A stretch of 64,000 nucleotides of DNA from the human T2T-CHM13v2.0 reference genome, Homo sapiens (GCF_009914755.1 NC_060948.1), one strand, 5' to 3'. Shown: positions 19,525-38,551, counted from the first letter of the stretch. A program made the numbers and translations. The notes: a model not told the origin generated them from the letters alone.

Positions 19525-21620
19525 AGATCCATATTTTTTAAATGAAAAAAAATTTCAAAGGTACTCTGCTTGGTACAATAATCAAATGTATAAACTGAGG
19601 AATAAAACATAACCATGAAACCTACTTATAACTGCATATGGAAAATACAGAGGATAATTTTTTAAATAACATATTTTGAAAGCCTTAACTAGTAATTTGA
19701 AGAGTTGGCATTTGAAAGGCCAGTATGAATATACCTTCAAAGCAGCAACACAGGTTCCCCATGAGAAAAAGCAAACACAGGGAAAATAAAAACACAAAGG
19801 TTCAATCTCTTCTGACCTTTGAAAGACACAGCACAGACAGTGGTCCTTAGGACGAAGAGCAGGAGACCCCTAATTCCGTCACCATGGCGATAGGGCATAA
19901 ACATTGCTGGGTGAGGGCACAATCCACATTGTGAGGTCCAACTGCTGCCAGGAAGACAGGAGTGCTTTTACATAGACCGAAAGGTCATTGAAGGCTCAGA
20001 GTTTTGTTTCAAGAACTGAATCCCAAGCCCACACGTTATTAGGCTGCGCTTCTTAAAACAAGTTATGAGATGGGAAAAAGGGCACCCACAAACATACGTA
20101 TACATTATGTATATAATAATATACAGTATCATATATATAATATATATAACCTATGTATAATATTGTTTTACATCCTGCATCTTATGTTATATATATTGTA
20201 TAAAATATAATAATTGATAATATATAAGTTTTATAATTATACAATATGACATATAGTATATATTATAATTTATGACATATATAATATATGTTATATATCA
20301 TATATAGAATATATTATACGGTTAATATACGTATTAAATATAAATTATACATTATATATATTATATATAATATATCTGTTATATATAATACCCATTATGC
20401 ATAATATATATATTATGTCTATGTTATATATAGTATAAAACAACATATAATAATATATAATTGTATATATAAAATGCGACATAGAATATATATTATATTT
20501 TATAACATATGTAATATATATTATATATAATACGTTGTATGTATAATACCTATATTAAATATATATTATATGACTATGTTATTAATTACATGTCACATGT
20601 GTTATATATTATATATTTTACATAGAATATACCGGTTACATACAATATATACTATGTTACCTATAACGTATAATTTATTACATGTAAAATAAAGAATGCA
20701 ATATATTATGTAAAATTTATAATATACAATATGTGGAATGTGATATATATAACATATAATATATGATATATGATATACAGTATATGATATATAACATACA
20801 ATATATGATTCCTAATATATATCGTATACAATATATATTTTATGATATGTATTCTATATGTTTTATATTCTGTTATATTTAACTATTTGAAATTATATAT
20901 AACTGTATAATATTTTATGTAAATATGTAATATAATATATATAACTATATAATATATTATATATAACTATATATTATGTTATATATACTTTTATAACATA
21001 ATTTACATAAAATATCATAATATAATATATATTATATTATTTCATATTACATAATATATATTACATATCACCCAATATAACTAACATACATAATATTATA
21101 ATATAGATTATATTGTGTTATATTAAATATCATATATATCATGTATCATATATTCTATAATATATATTACACATTATATAATATGTATGTTGTCTATTAT
21201 GTGATATATATAACTATATATAATTATATTTTTATACATATAACTAGATAAACATGTAATTCTACATATTTTCATTTATAATATGTAGAATTATATAATC
21301 ATATATAATTATTTATATTCTATAAAAAATTTTATCATTATATAAATTATAATATATAAAAATTATAATATGTACTACAAATATATATATTATATATCAT
21401 ATATGATATAGTACCTTTGTTATATATCATAATACATATAAATGTGTATTATGTTATCTATAATTATATAATTTCATATATAAGATGTATAATATGTATC
21501 ATATATTATATATGTTATGTAATATATATAGTATATATAAGATGACACAGGATAAATATTATATACTATGACATATTAAATATATGAGGTTATATGTTAC
21601 ATATAAGGCATAGCACATAA

Positions 21621-21935
<315 letters not shown>

Positions 21936-24033
21936 AGATCCATATTTTTTAAATGAAAAAAAATTTCAAAGGTACTCTGCTTGGTACAATAATCAAATGT
22001 ATAAACTGAGGAATAAAACATAACCATGAAACCTACTTATAACTGCATATGGAAAATACAGAGGATAATTTTTTAAATAATATATTTTGAAAGCCTTAAC
22101 TAATAATTTGAAGAGTTGGCATTTGAAAGGCCAGTATGAATATACCTTCAAAGCAGCAACACAGGTTCCCCATGAGAAAAAGCAAACACAGGGAAAATAA
22201 AAACACAAAGGTTCAATCTCTTCTGACCTTTGAAAGACACAGCACAGACAGTGGTCCTTAGGACGAAGAGCAGGAGACCCCTAATTCCGTCACCATGGCG
22301 ATAGGGCATAAACATTGCTGGGTGAGGGCACAATCCACATTGTGAGGTCCAACTGCTGCCAGGAAGACAGGAGTGCTTTTACATAGACCGAAAGGTCATT
22401 GAAGGCTCAGAGTTTTGTTTCAAGAACTGAATCCCAAGCCCACACGTTATTAGGCTGCGCTTCTTAAAACAAGTTATGAGATGGGAAAAAGGGCACCCAC
22501 AAACATACGTATACATTATGTATATAATAATATACAGTATCATATATATAATATATATAACTTATGTATAATATTGTTTTACATCCTGCATCTTATGTTA
22601 TATATATTGTATAAAATATAATAATTGATAATATATAAGTTTTATAATTATACAATATGACATATAGTATATATTATAATTTATGACATATATAATATAT
22701 GTTATATGTCATATATAGAATATATTATACGGTTAATATACGTATTAAATATAAATTATACATTATATATATTATATATAATATATCTGTTATATATAAT
22801 ATCCATTATGCATAATATATATATTTTGTCTATGTTATATATAGTATAAAACAACATATAATAATGTATAATTGTATATATAAAATGCGACATATAATAT
22901 ATATTTTATTTTATAACATATGTAATATATATTATATATAATACGTTGTATGTATAATACCTATATTAAATATATATTATATGACTATGTTATTAATTAC
23001 ATGTCACATGTGTTATATATTATATATTTTACATAGAATATACCGGTTACATACAATATATACTATGTTACCTATAATGTATAATTTATTACATGTAAAA
23101 TAAAGAATGCAATATATTATGTATAATTTATAATATACAATATGTGGAATGTGATATATATAACATATAATATATGATATATGATATACAGTATATGATA
23201 TATAACATACAATATATGATTCCTAATATATATGGTATAGAATATATATTTTATGATATGTATTCTATATGTTTTATATTCTGTTATATATAACTATTTG
23301 AAATTATATATAACTGTATAATATTTTATGTAAATATGTAATATAATATATATAACTATATAATATATTATATATAACTATATATTATGTTATATATACT
23401 TTTATTACATAATTTACATAAAATATCATAATATAATATATATTATATTATTTCATATTACATAATATATATTACATATCACCCAATATAACTAACATAC
23501 ATAATATTATAATATAGATTATATTATGTTATATTAAATATCATATATATCATGTATCATATATTCTATAATATATATTACACATTATATAATATGTATG
23601 TTGTCTATTATGTGATATATATAACTATATATATAATTATATTTTTATACATATAACTAGATAAACATGTAATTCTACATATTTTCATTTATAATATGTA
23701 GAATTATATAATCATATATTATTATTTATATTCTATAAAAAATTTTATCATTATATAAATTATAATATATAAAAATTATAATATATACTACAAATATATA
23801 TATTATATATCATATATGATATAGTACCTTTGTTATATATCATAATACATATAAATGTGTATTATGTTATCTATAATTATATGATTTCATATATAAGATG
23901 TATAATATGTATCATATATTATATATGTTATGTAATATATATAGTATATATAAGATGACACAGGATAAATATTATATACTATGACATATAAAATATATGA
24001 GGTTATATGTTACATATAAGGCATAGCACATAA

Positions 24034-24348
<315 letters not shown>

Positions 24349-26476
24349 AGATCCATATTTTTTAAATGAAAAAAAATTTCAAAGGTACTCTGCTTGGTAC
24401 AATAATCAAATGTATAAACTGAGGAATAAAACATAACCATGAAACCTACTTATAACTGCATATGGAAAATACAGAGGATAATTTTTTAAATAACATATTT
24501 TGAAAGCCTTAACTAGTAATTTGAAGAGTTGGCATTTGAAAGGCCAGTATGAATATACCTTCAAAGCAGCAACACAGGTTCCCCATGAGAAAAAGCAAAC
24601 ACAGGGAAAATAAAAACACAAAGGTTCAATCTCTTCTGACCTTTGAAAGACACAGCACAGACAGTGGTCCTTAGGACGAAGAGCAGGAGACCCCTAATTC
24701 CGTCACCATGGCGATAGGGCATAAACATTGCTGGGTGAGGGCACAATCCACATTGTGAGGTCCAACTGCTGCCAGGAAGACAGGAGTGCTTTTACATAGA
24801 CCGAAAGGTCATTGAAGGCTCAGAGTTTTGTTTCAAGAACTGAATCCCAAGCCCACACGTTATTAGGCTGCGCTTCTTAAAACAAGTTATGAGATGGGAA
24901 AAAGGGCACCCACAAACATACGTATACATTATGTATATAATAATATACAGTATCATATATATAATATATATATCCTATGTATAATATTGTTTTACATCCT
25001 GCATCTTATGTTATATATATTGTATAAAATATAATAATTGATAATATATAAGTTTTATAATTATACAATATGACATATACTATATATTATAATTTATGAC
25101 ATATATAATATATGTTATATATCATATATAGAATATATTATACGGTTAATATACGTATTAAATACAAATTATACATTATATATATTACATATAATATATC
25201 TGTTATATATAATACCCATTATGCATAATATATATATTATGTCTATGTTATATATAGTACAAAACAACATATAATAATATATAATTGTATATATAAAATG
25301 CGACATAAAATATATATTATATTTTATAACATATGTAATATATATTATATATTATATATAATACGTTGTATGTATAATACCTATATTAAATATATATTAT
25401 ATGACTATGTTATTAATTACATGTCACATGTGTTATATATTATATATTTTACATAGAATATACCGGTTACATACAATATATACTATGACACCTATAATGT
25501 ATAATTTATTACATGTAAAATAAAGAATGCAATATATTATGTATAATTTATAATATACAATATGTGGAATGTGATATATATAACATATAATATATGATAT
25601 ATGATATACAGTATATGATATATGACATACAATATATGATTCCTAATATATATGGTATACAATACATATTTTATGATATGTATTCTATATGTTTTATATT
25701 CTGTTACATATAACTATTGGAAATTATATATAACTGTATAATATTTTATGTAAATATGTAATATAATATATATAACTATATAATATATTATATATAACTA
25801 TATATTATGTTATATATACTTTTATAACATAATTTACATAAAATAGCATAATATAATATATATTATATTATTTCATATTACATAATATATATTACATATC
25901 AACCAATATAACTAACATACATAATATTATAATATAGATTATATTATGTTATATTAAATATCATATATGTCATGTATCATATATTCTATAATATATATTA
26001 CACATTATATAATATGTATGTTGTCTATTATGTGATATATATAACTATATATATAATTATATTTTTATACATATAACTAGATAAACATGTAATTCTACAT
26101 ATTTTCATTTATAATATGTAGAATTATATAATCATATATAATTATTTATATTCTATAAAAAATTATATCATTATATAAATTATAATATATAAAAATTATA
26201 TTATGTACTACAAATATATATATTATATATCATATATGATATAGTACCTTTGTTATATTTCATAATACATATAAATGTGTATTATGTTATCTATAATTAT
26301 ATAATTTCATATATAAGATGTATAATATGTATCATATATTATATATGTTATGTAATATATATAGTATATATAAGATGACACAGGATAAATATTATATACT
26401 ATGACATATAAAATATATGAGGTTATATGTTACATATAAGGCATAGCACATAACATTTAATATATATCATATATAA

Positions 26477-26768
26477 TTTTTTTTTAGACAGAATCTCGTC
26501 CTGTTGCACAGGGTCGGGTACAATGGCGCCATCTTTGCTCACTGCAACTTCTGCCTCACGGGTCCAAGCGATTGTCCTCCCTCAGCCTCCCAGGTAGCTG
26601 GGACTACACCACACTGGGACTACACCAGCTGCCACCATGCCTAGCTAATTTTTTGGATTTTTAGTAGTGACAGCGTTTCACTGTATTGGCCAGGATGGTC
26701 TTGATCTCTTCACCTTGTGATCCCCTTGCCTTGGCCTCCAAATTTGCTGGGATTACAGGCCTGAGCCA
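26477..26768 (-). mobile_element. Alu relic, unit 12
   Basis: Near-identical copy of 2344-2635; TCTCGT/GTCGGG variant. Confidence 0.95.
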
Positions 26769-28873
26769 AGATCCATATTTTTTAAATGAAAAAAAATTTC
26801 AAAGGTACTCTGCTTGGTACAATAATCAAATGTATAAACTGAGGAATAAAACATAACCATGAAACCTACTTATAACTGCATATGGAAAATACAGAGGATA
26901 ATTTTTTAAATAACATATTTTGAAAGCCTTAACTAGTAATTTGAAGAGTTGGCATTTGAAAGGCCAGTATGAATATACCTTCAAAGCAGCAACACAGGTT
27001 CCCCATGAGAAAAAGCAAACACAGGGAAAATAAAAACACAAAGGTTCAATCTCTTCTGACCTTTGAAAGACACAGCACAGACAGTGGTCCTTAGGACGAA
27101 GAGCAGGAGACCCCTAATTCCGTCACCATGGCGATAGGGCATAAACATTGCTGGGTGAGGGCACAATCCACATTGTGAGGTCCAACTGCTGCCAGGAAGA
27201 CAGGAGTGCTTTTACATAGACCGAAAGGTCATTGAAGGCTCAGAGTTTTGTTTCAAGAACTGAATCCCAAGCCCACACGTTATTAGGCTGCGCTTCTTAA
27301 AACAAGTTATGAGATGGGAAAAAGGGCACCCACAAACATACGTATACATTATGTATATAATAATAAACAGTATCATATATATAATATATATAACCTATGT
27401 ATAATATTGTTTTACATCCTGCATCTTATGTTATATATATTGTATAAAATATACTAATTGATAGTATATAAGTTTTATGATTATACAATATGACATATAG
27501 TATATATTATAATTTATGACATATATAATATATGTTATATGTCATATATAGAATATAGTATACGGTTAATATACGTATTAAATATAAATTATACATTATA
27601 TATATTATATATAATATATCTGTTATATATAATACCCATTATGCATAATATATATATTATGTCTATGTTATATATAGTATAAAACAACATATAATAATAT
27701 ATAATTGTATATATAAAATGCGACATATAATATATATTATATTTTATAACATATGAAATATATATTATATATTATATATAATACGTTGTATGTATAATAC
27801 CTATATTAAATATATATTATATGACTATGTTATTGATTACATGTCACGTGTGTTATATATTATATATTTTACATAGAATATACCGGTTACATACAATATA
27901 TACTATGTTACCTATAATGTATAATTTATTACATGTAAAATAAAGAATGCAATATATTATGTATAATTTATAATATACAATATGTGGAATGTGATATATA
28001 TAACATATAATATATGATATATGATATACAGTATATGATATATAACATACAATATATGATTCCTAATATATATGGTATACAATATATATTTTATGATATG
28101 TATTCTATATGTTTTATATTCTGTTATATATAAGTATTTGAAATTATATATAACTGTATAATATTTTATGTAAATATGTAATATAATATATATAACTATA
28201 TAATATATTATATATAACTATATATTATGTTATATATACTTTTATAACATAATTTACATAAAATATCATAATATAATATATATTATATTATTTCATATTA
28301 CATAATATATATTACATATCACCCAATATAACTAACATACATAATATTATAATATAGATTATATTGTGTTATATTAAATATCATATATATCATGTATCAT
28401 ATATTCTATAATATATATTACACATTATATAATATGTATGTTGTCTATTATGTGATATATATAACTATATATATAATTATATTTTTAAACATATAACTAG
28501 ATAAACATGTAATTCTACATATTTTCATTTATAATATGTAGGATTATATAATCATATATAATTATTTATATTCCATAAAATATTTTATCATTATATAAAT
28601 TATAATATATAAAAATTATAATATGTACTAGAAATATATATATTATATATCATATATGATATAGTACCTTTGTTATATTTCATAATACATATAAATGTGT
28701 ATTATGTTATCTATAATTATATAATTTCATATATAAGATGTATAATATGTATCATATATTATATATGTTATGTAATATATATAGTATATATAAGATGACA
28801 CAGGATAAATATTATATACTATGACATATAAAATATATGAGGTTATATGCTACATATAAGGCATAGCACATAA

Positions 28874-29188
<315 letters not shown>

Positions 29189-31314
29189 AGATCCATATTT
29201 TTTAAATGAAAAAAAATTTCAAAGGTACTCTGCTTGGTACAATAATCAAATGTATAAACTGAGGAATAAAACATAACCATGAAACCTACTTATAACTGCA
29301 TATGGAAAATACAGAGGATAATTTTTTAAATAACATATTTTGAAAGCCTTAACTAGTAATTTGAAGAGTTGGCATTTGAAAGGCCAGTATGAATATACCT
29401 TCAAAGCAGCAACACAGGTTCCCCATGAGAAAAAGCAAACACAGGGAAAATAAAAACACAAAGGTTCAATCTCTTCTGACCTTTGAAAGACACAGCACAG
29501 ACAGTGGTCCTTAGGACGAAGAGCAGGAGACCCCTAATTCCGTCACCATGGCGATAGGGCATAAACATTGCTGGGTGAGGGCACAATCCACATTGTGAGG
29601 TCCAACTGCTGCCAGGAAGACAGGAGTGCTTTTACATAGACCGAAAGGTCATTGAAGGCTCAGAGTTTTGTTTCAAGAACTGAATCCCAAGCCCACACGT
29701 TATTAGGCTGCGCTTCTTAAAACAAGTTATGAGATGGGAAAAAGGGCACCCACAAACATACGTATACATTATGTATATAATAATATACAGTATCATATAT
29801 ATAATATATATAACCTATGTATAATATTGTTTTACATCCTGCATCTTATGTTATATATATTGTATAAAATATAATAATTGATAATATATGTTTTATATTT
29901 ATACAATATGACATATAGTATATATTATAATTTATGACATATATAATATATGTTATATATCATATATAGAATATATTATACGGTTAATATACGTATTAAA
30001 TATAAATTATACATTATATATATTATATATAATATATCTGTTATATATAATACCCATTATGCATAATATATATATTATGTCTATGTTATATATAGTATAA
30101 AACAACATATAATAATATATAATTGTGTATATAAAATGCGACATATAATATATATTATATTTTATAACATATGTAATATATATTATATATTATATATAAT
30201 ACGTTGTATGTATAATACCTATATTAAATATATATTATATGACTATGTTATTAATTACATGTCACATGTGTTATATATTATATATTTTACATAGAATATA
30301 CCGGTTACATACAATATATACTATGTTACCTATAATGTATAATTTATTACATGTAAAATAAAGAATGCAATATATTATGTAAAATTTATAATATACCATA
30401 TGTGGAATGTGATATATATAACATATAATATATGATATATGATGTACAGTATATGATATATAACATACAATATATGATTCCTAATATATATGGTATACAA
30501 TATATATTTTATGATATGAATTCTATATGTTTTATATTCTGTTATATATAACTATTTGAAATTATATATAACTGTATAATATTTTATGTAAATATGTAAT
30601 ATAATATATATAACTATATAATATATTATATATAACTATATATTATGTTATATATACTTTTATAACATAATTTACATAAAATATCATAATATAATATATA
30701 TTATATTATTTCATATTACATAATATATATTACATATCACCCAATATAACTAACATAGATAATATTATAATATAGATTATATTGTGTTATATTAAATATC
30801 ATATATATCATGTATCATATATTCTATAATATATATTACACATTATATAATATGTATGTTGTCTATTATGTGATATATATAACTATATATATAATTATAT
30901 TTTTATACATATAACTAGATAAACAAGTAATTCTACATATTTTCATTTATAATATGTAGAATTATATAATCATATATAATTATTTATATTCTATAAAAAA
31001 TTTTACCATTATATAAATTATAATATATAAAAATTATACTATGTACTACAAATATATATATTATATATCATATATGCTATAGTACCTTTGTTATATATCA
31101 TAATACATATAAATGTGTATTATGTTATCTATAATTATATAATTTCATATATAAGTTGTATAATATGTATCATATATTATACATGTTATGTAATATATAT
31201 AGTATATATAAGATGACACAGGATAAATATTATATACTATGACATATAAAATATATGAGGTTATATGTTACATATAAGGCATAGCACATAACATGTAATA
31301 TATATCATATATAA

Positions 31315-31606
31315 TTTTTTTTTAGACAGAATCTTGTCCTGTTGCACAGGGTGGGGTACAATGGCGCCATCTTTGCTCACTGCAAATTCTGCCTCACGGG
31401 TCCAAGCGATTGTCCTCCCTCAGCCTCCCAGGTAGCTGGGACTACACCACACTGGGACTACACCAGCTGCCACCATGCCTAGCTAATTTTTTGGATTTTT
31501 AGTAGTGACAGCGTTTCACTGTATTGGCCAGGATGGTCTTGATCTCTTCACCTTGTGATCCCCTTGCCTTGGCCTCCAAATTTGCTGGGATTACAGGCCT
31601 GAGCCA
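31315..31606 (-). mobile_element. Alu relic, unit 14
   Basis: Near-identical copy of 2344-2635. Confidence 0.95.
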
Positions 31607-33734
31607 AGATCCATATTTTTTAAATGAAAAAAAATTTCAAAGGTACTCTGCTTGGTACAATAATCAAATGTATAAACTGAGGAATAAAACATAACCATGA
31701 AACCTACTTATAACTGCATATGGAAAATACAGAGGATAATTTTTTAAATAACATATTTTGAAAGCCTTAACTAGTAATTTGAAGAGCTGGCATTTGAAAG
31801 GCCAGTATGAATATACCTTCAAAGCAGCAACACAGGTTCCCCATGAGAAAAAGCAAACACAGGGAAAATAAAAACACAAAGGTTCAATCTCTTCTGACCT
31901 TTGAAAGACACAGCACAGACAGTGGTCCTTAGGACGAAGAGCAGGAGACCCCTAATTCCGTCACCATGGCGATAGGGCATAAACATTGCTGGGTGAGGGC
32001 ACAATCCACATTGTGAGGTCCAACTGCTGCCAGGAAGACAGGAGTGCTTTTACATAGACCGAAAGGTCATTGAAGGCTCAGAGTTTTGTTTCAAGAACTG
32101 AAACCCAAGCCCACACGTTATTAGGCTGCGCTTCTTAAAACAAGTTATGAGATGGGAAAAAGGGCACCCACAAACATACGTATATATTATGTATATAATA
32201 ATATACAGTATCATATATATAATATATATAACCTATGTATAATATTGTTTTACATCCTGCATCTTATGTTATATATATTGTATAAAATATAATAATTGAT
32301 AATATATAAGTTTTATAATTATACAATATGACATATAGTATATATTATAATTTATGACATATATAATATATGTTATATGTCATATATAGAATATATTATA
32401 CGGTTAATATACGTATTAAATATAAATTATACATTATATATATTATATATAATATATCTGTTATATATAATACCCATTATGCATAATATATATATTATGT
32501 CTATGTTATATATAGTATAAAACAACATATAATAATATATAATTGTATATATAAAATGCGACATATAATATATATTATATTTTATAACATATGTAATATA
32601 TATTATATATTATATATAATACGTTGTATGTATAATACCTATATTAAATATATATTATATGACTATGTTATTAATTACATGTCACATGTGTTATATATTA
32701 TATATTTTACATAGAATATACCGGTTACATACAATATATACTATGTTACCTATAATGTATAATTTATTACATGTAAAATAAAGAATGCAATATATTATGT
32801 ATAATTTATAATATACCATATGTGGAATGTGATATATATAACATATAATATATGATATATGATATACAGTATATGATATATAACATACAATATATGATTT
32901 CTAATATATATGGTATACAATATATATTTTATGATATGTATTCTATATGTTTTATATTCTGTTATATATAACTATTTGAAATTATATATAACTGTATAAT
33001 ATTTTATGTAAATATGTAATATAATATATATAACTATATAATATATTATATATAACTATATATTATGTTATATATACTTTTATAACATAATTTACATAAA
33101 ATATCATAATATAATATATATTATATTATTTCATATTACATAATATATATTACATATCACCCAATATAACTAACATACATAATATTATAATATAGATTAT
33201 ATTGTGTTATATTAAATATCATATATATCATGTATCATATATTCTATAATATATATTACACATTATATAATATGTATGTTGTCTATTATGTGATATATAT
33301 AACTATATATATAATTATATTTTTATACATATAACTAGATAAACATGTAATTCTACATATTTTCATTTATAATATGTAGAATTATATAATCATATATAAT
33401 TATTTATATTCTATAAAAAATTTTATCATTATATAAATTATAATATATAAAAATTATAATATGTACTACAAATATATATATTATATATCATATATGATAT
33501 AGTACCTTTGTTATATTTCATAATACATATAAATGTGTATTATGTTATCTATAATTATATAATTTCATATATAAGATGTATAATATGTATCATATATTAT
33601 ATATGTTATGTAATATATATAGTATATATAAGATGACACAGTATAAATATTATATACTATGACATATAAAATATATGAGGTTATATGTTACATATAAGGC
33701 ATAGCACAGAACATTTAATATATATCATATATAA

Positions 33735-34026
33735 TTTTTTTTTAGACAGAATCTCGTCCTGTTGCACAGGGTCGGGTACAATGGCGCCATCTTTGCTCAC
33801 TGCAACTTCTGCCTCACGGGTCCAAGCGATTGTCCTCCCTCAGCCTCCCAGGTAGCTGGGACTACACCACACTGGGACTACACCAGCTGCCACCATGCCT
33901 AGCTAATTTTTTGGATTTTTAGTAGTGACAGCGTTTCACTGTATTGGCCAGGATGGTCTTGATCTCTTCACCTTGTGATCCCCTTGCCTTGGCCTCCAAA
34001 TTTGCTGGGATTACAGGCCTGAGCCA
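33735..34026 (-). mobile_element. Alu relic, unit 15
   Basis: Near-identical copy of 2344-2635; TCTCGT/GTCGGG variant. Confidence 0.95.
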
Positions 34027-36154
34027 AGATCCATATTTTGTAAATGAAAAAAAATTTCAAAGGTACTCTGCTTGGTACAATAATCAAATGTATAAACTGA
34101 GGAATAAAACATAACCATGAAACCTACTTATAACTGCATATGGAAAATACAGAGGATAATTTTTTAAATAACATATTTTGAAAGCCTTAACTAGTAATTT
34201 GAAGAGTTGGCATTTGAAAGGCCAGTATGAATATACCTTCAAAGCAGCAACACAGGTTCCCCATGAGAAAAAGCAAACACAGGGAAAATAAAAACACAAA
34301 GGTTCAATCTCTTCTGACCTTTGAAAGACACAGCACAGACAGTGGTCCTTAGGACGAAGAGCAGGAGACCCCTAATTCCGTCACCATGGCGATAGGGCAT
34401 AAACATTGCTGGGTGAGGGCACAATCCACATTGTGAGGTCCAACTGCTGCCAGGAAGACAGGAGTGCTTTTACATAGACCGAAAGGTCATTGAAGGCTCA
34501 GAGTTTTGTTTCAAGAACTGAATCCCAAGCCCACACGTTATTAGGCTGCGCTTCTTAAAACAAGTTATGAGATGGGAAAAAGGGCACCCACAAACATACG
34601 TATACATTATGTATATAATAATATACAGTATCATATATATAATATATATAACCTATGTATAATATTGTTTTACATCCTGCATCTTATGTTATATATATTG
34701 TATAAAATATAATAATTGATAATATATAAGTTTTATAATTATACAATATGACATATAGTATATATTATAATTTATGACATATATAATATATGTTATATGT
34801 CATATATAGAATATATTATACGGTTAATATACGTATTAAATATAAATTATACATTATATATATTATATATAATATATCTGTTATATATAATACCCATTAT
34901 GCATAATATATATATTATGTCTATGTTATATATAGTATAAAACAACATATAATAATATATAATTGTATATATAAAATGCGACATATAATATATATTATAT
35001 TTTATAACATATGTAATATATATTATATATTATATATAATACGTTGTATGTATAATACCTATATTAAATATATATTATATGACTATATTATTAATTACAT
35101 GTCACATGTGTTATATATTATATATTTTACATAGAATATACCGGTTACATACAATATATACTATGTTACCTATAATGTATAATTTATTACATGTAAAATA
35201 AAGAATGCAATATATTATGTATAATTTATAATATACCATATGTGGAATGTGATATATATAACATATAATATATGATATATGATATACAGTATATGATATA
35301 TAACATACAATATATGATTCCTAATATATATGGTATACAATATATATTTTATGATATGTATTCTATATGTTTTATATTCTGTTATATATAACTATTTGAA
35401 ATTATATATAACTGTATAATATTTTATGTAAATATGTAATATAATATATATAACTATATAATATATTATATATAACTATATATTATGTTATATATACTTT
35501 TATAACATAATTTACATAAAATATCATAATATAATATATATTATATTATTTCATATTACATAATATATATTACATATCACCCAATAAAACTAACATACAT
35601 AATATTATAATATAGATTATATTGTGTTATATTAAATATCATATATATCATGTATCATATATTCTATAATATATATTACACATTATATAATATGTATGTT
35701 GTGTATTATGTGATATATATAACTATATATATAATTATATTTGTATACATATAACTAGATAAACATGTAATTCTACATATTTTCATTTATAATATGTAGA
35801 ATTATATAATCATATATAATTATTTATATTCTATAAAAAATTTTATCATTATATAAATTATAATATATAAAAATTATAATATGTACTACAAATATATATA
35901 TTATATATCATATATGATATAGTACCTTTGTTATATTTCATAATACATATAAATGTGTATTATGTTATCTATAATTATATAATTTCATATATAAGATGTA
36001 TAATATGTATCATATATTATATATGTTATGTAATATATATAGTATATATAAGATGACACAGGATAAATATTATATACTATGACATATAAAATATATGAGG
36101 TTATATGTTACATATAAGGCATAGCACATAACATTTAATATATATCATATATAA

Positions 36155-36446
36155 TTTTTTTTTAGACAGAATCTCGTCCTGTAGCACAGGGTCGGGTAAA
36201 ATGGCGCCATCTTTGCTCACTGCAACTTCTGCCTCACGGGTCCAAGCGATTGTCCTCCCTCAGCCTCCCAGGTAGCTGGGACTACACCACACTGGGACTA
36301 CACCAGCTGCCACCATGCCTAGCTAATTATTTGGATTTTTAGTAGTGACAGCGTTTCACTGTATTGGCCAGGATGGTCTTGATCTCTTCACCTTGTGATC
36401 CCCTTGCCTTGGCCTCCAAATTTGCTGGGATTACAGGCCTGAGCCA
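36155..36446 (-). mobile_element. Alu relic, unit 16
   Basis: Near-identical copy of 2344-2635; TCTCGT/GTCGGG variant. Confidence 0.95.
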
Positions 36447-38551
36447 AGATCCATATTTTTTAAATGAAAAAAAATTTCAAAGGTACTCTGCTTGGTACAA
36501 TAATCAAATGTATAAACTGAGGAATAAAACATAACCATGAAACCTACTTATAACTGCATATGGAAAATACAGAGGATAATTTTTTAAATAACATATTTTG
36601 AAAGCCTTAACTAGTAATTTGAAGAGTTGGCATTTGAAAGGCCAGTATGAATATACCTTCAAAGCAGCAACACAGGTTCCCCATGAGAAAAAGCAAACAC
36701 AGGGAAAATAAAAACACAAAGGTTCAATCTCTTCTGACCTTTGAAAGACACAGCACAGACAGTGGTCCTTAGGACGAAGAGCAGGAGACCCCTAATTCCG
36801 TCACCATGGCGATAGGGCATAAACATTGCTGGGTGAGGGCACAATCCACATTGTGAGGTCCAACTGCTGCCAGGAAGACAGGAGTGCTTTTACATAGACC
36901 GAAAGGTCATTGAAGGCTCAGAGTTTTGTTTCAAGAACTGAATCCCAAGCCCACACGTTATTAGGCTGCGCTTCTTAAAACAAGTTATGAGATGGGAAAA
37001 AGGGCACCCACAAACATACGTATACATTATGTATATAATAATATACAGTATCATATATATAATATATATAACCTATGTATAATATTGTTTTACATCCTGC
37101 ATCTTATGTTATATATATTGTATAAAATATAATAATTGATAATATATAAGTTTTATAATTATACAATATGACATATAGTATATATTATAATTTATGACAT
37201 ATATAATATATGTTATATGTCATATATAGAATATATTATACGGTTAATATACGTATTAAATATAAATTATACATTATATATATTATATATAATATATCTG
37301 TTATATATAATACCCATTATGCATAATATATATATTATGTCTACGTTATATATAGTATAAAACAACATATAATAATATATAATTGTATATATAAAATGCG
37401 ACATATAATATATATTATATTTTATAACATATGTAATATATATTATATATTATATATAATACGTTGTATGTATAATACCTATATTAAATATATATTATAT
37501 GACTATGTTATTAATTACATGTCACATGTGTTATATATTATATATTTTACATAGAATATACCGGTTACATACAATATATACTATGTTACCTATAATGTAT
37601 AATTTATTACATGTAAAATAAAGAATGCAATATATTATGTATAATTTATAATATACCATATGTGGAATGTGATATAAATAACATATAATATATGATATAT
37701 GATATACAGTATATGATATATAACATACAATATATGATTCGTAATATATATGGTATACAATATATATTTTATGATATGTATTCTATATGTTTTATATTCT
37801 GTTATATATAACTATTTGAAATTATATATAACTGTATAATATTTTATGTAAATATGTAATATAATATATATAACTATATAATATATTATATATAACTATA
37901 TATTATGTTATATATACTTTTATAACATAATTTACATAAAATATCATAATATAATATATATTATATTATTTCATATTACATAATATATATTACATATCAC
38001 CCAATATAACTAACATACATAGTATTATAATATAGATTATATTGTGTTATATTAAATATCATATATATCATGTATCATATATTCTATAATATATATTACA
38101 CATTATATAATATATATGTTGTCTATTATGTGATATATATAACTATATATATAATTATATTTTTATACATATAACTAGATAAACATGTAATTCTACATAT
38201 TTTCATTTATAATATGTAGAATTATATAATCATATATAATTATTTATATTCTATAAAAAATTTTATCATTATATAAATTATAATATATAAAAATTATAAT
38301 ATGTACTACAAATATATATATTATATATCATATATGATATAGTACCTTTGTTATATTTCATAATACATATAAATGTGTATTATGTTATCTATAATTATAT
38401 AATTTCATATATAAGATGTATAATATGTATCATATATTATATATGTTATGTAATATATATAGTATATATAAGATGACACAGGATAAATATTATATACTAT
38501 GACATATAAAATATATGAGGTTATATGTTACATATAAGGCATAGCACATAA

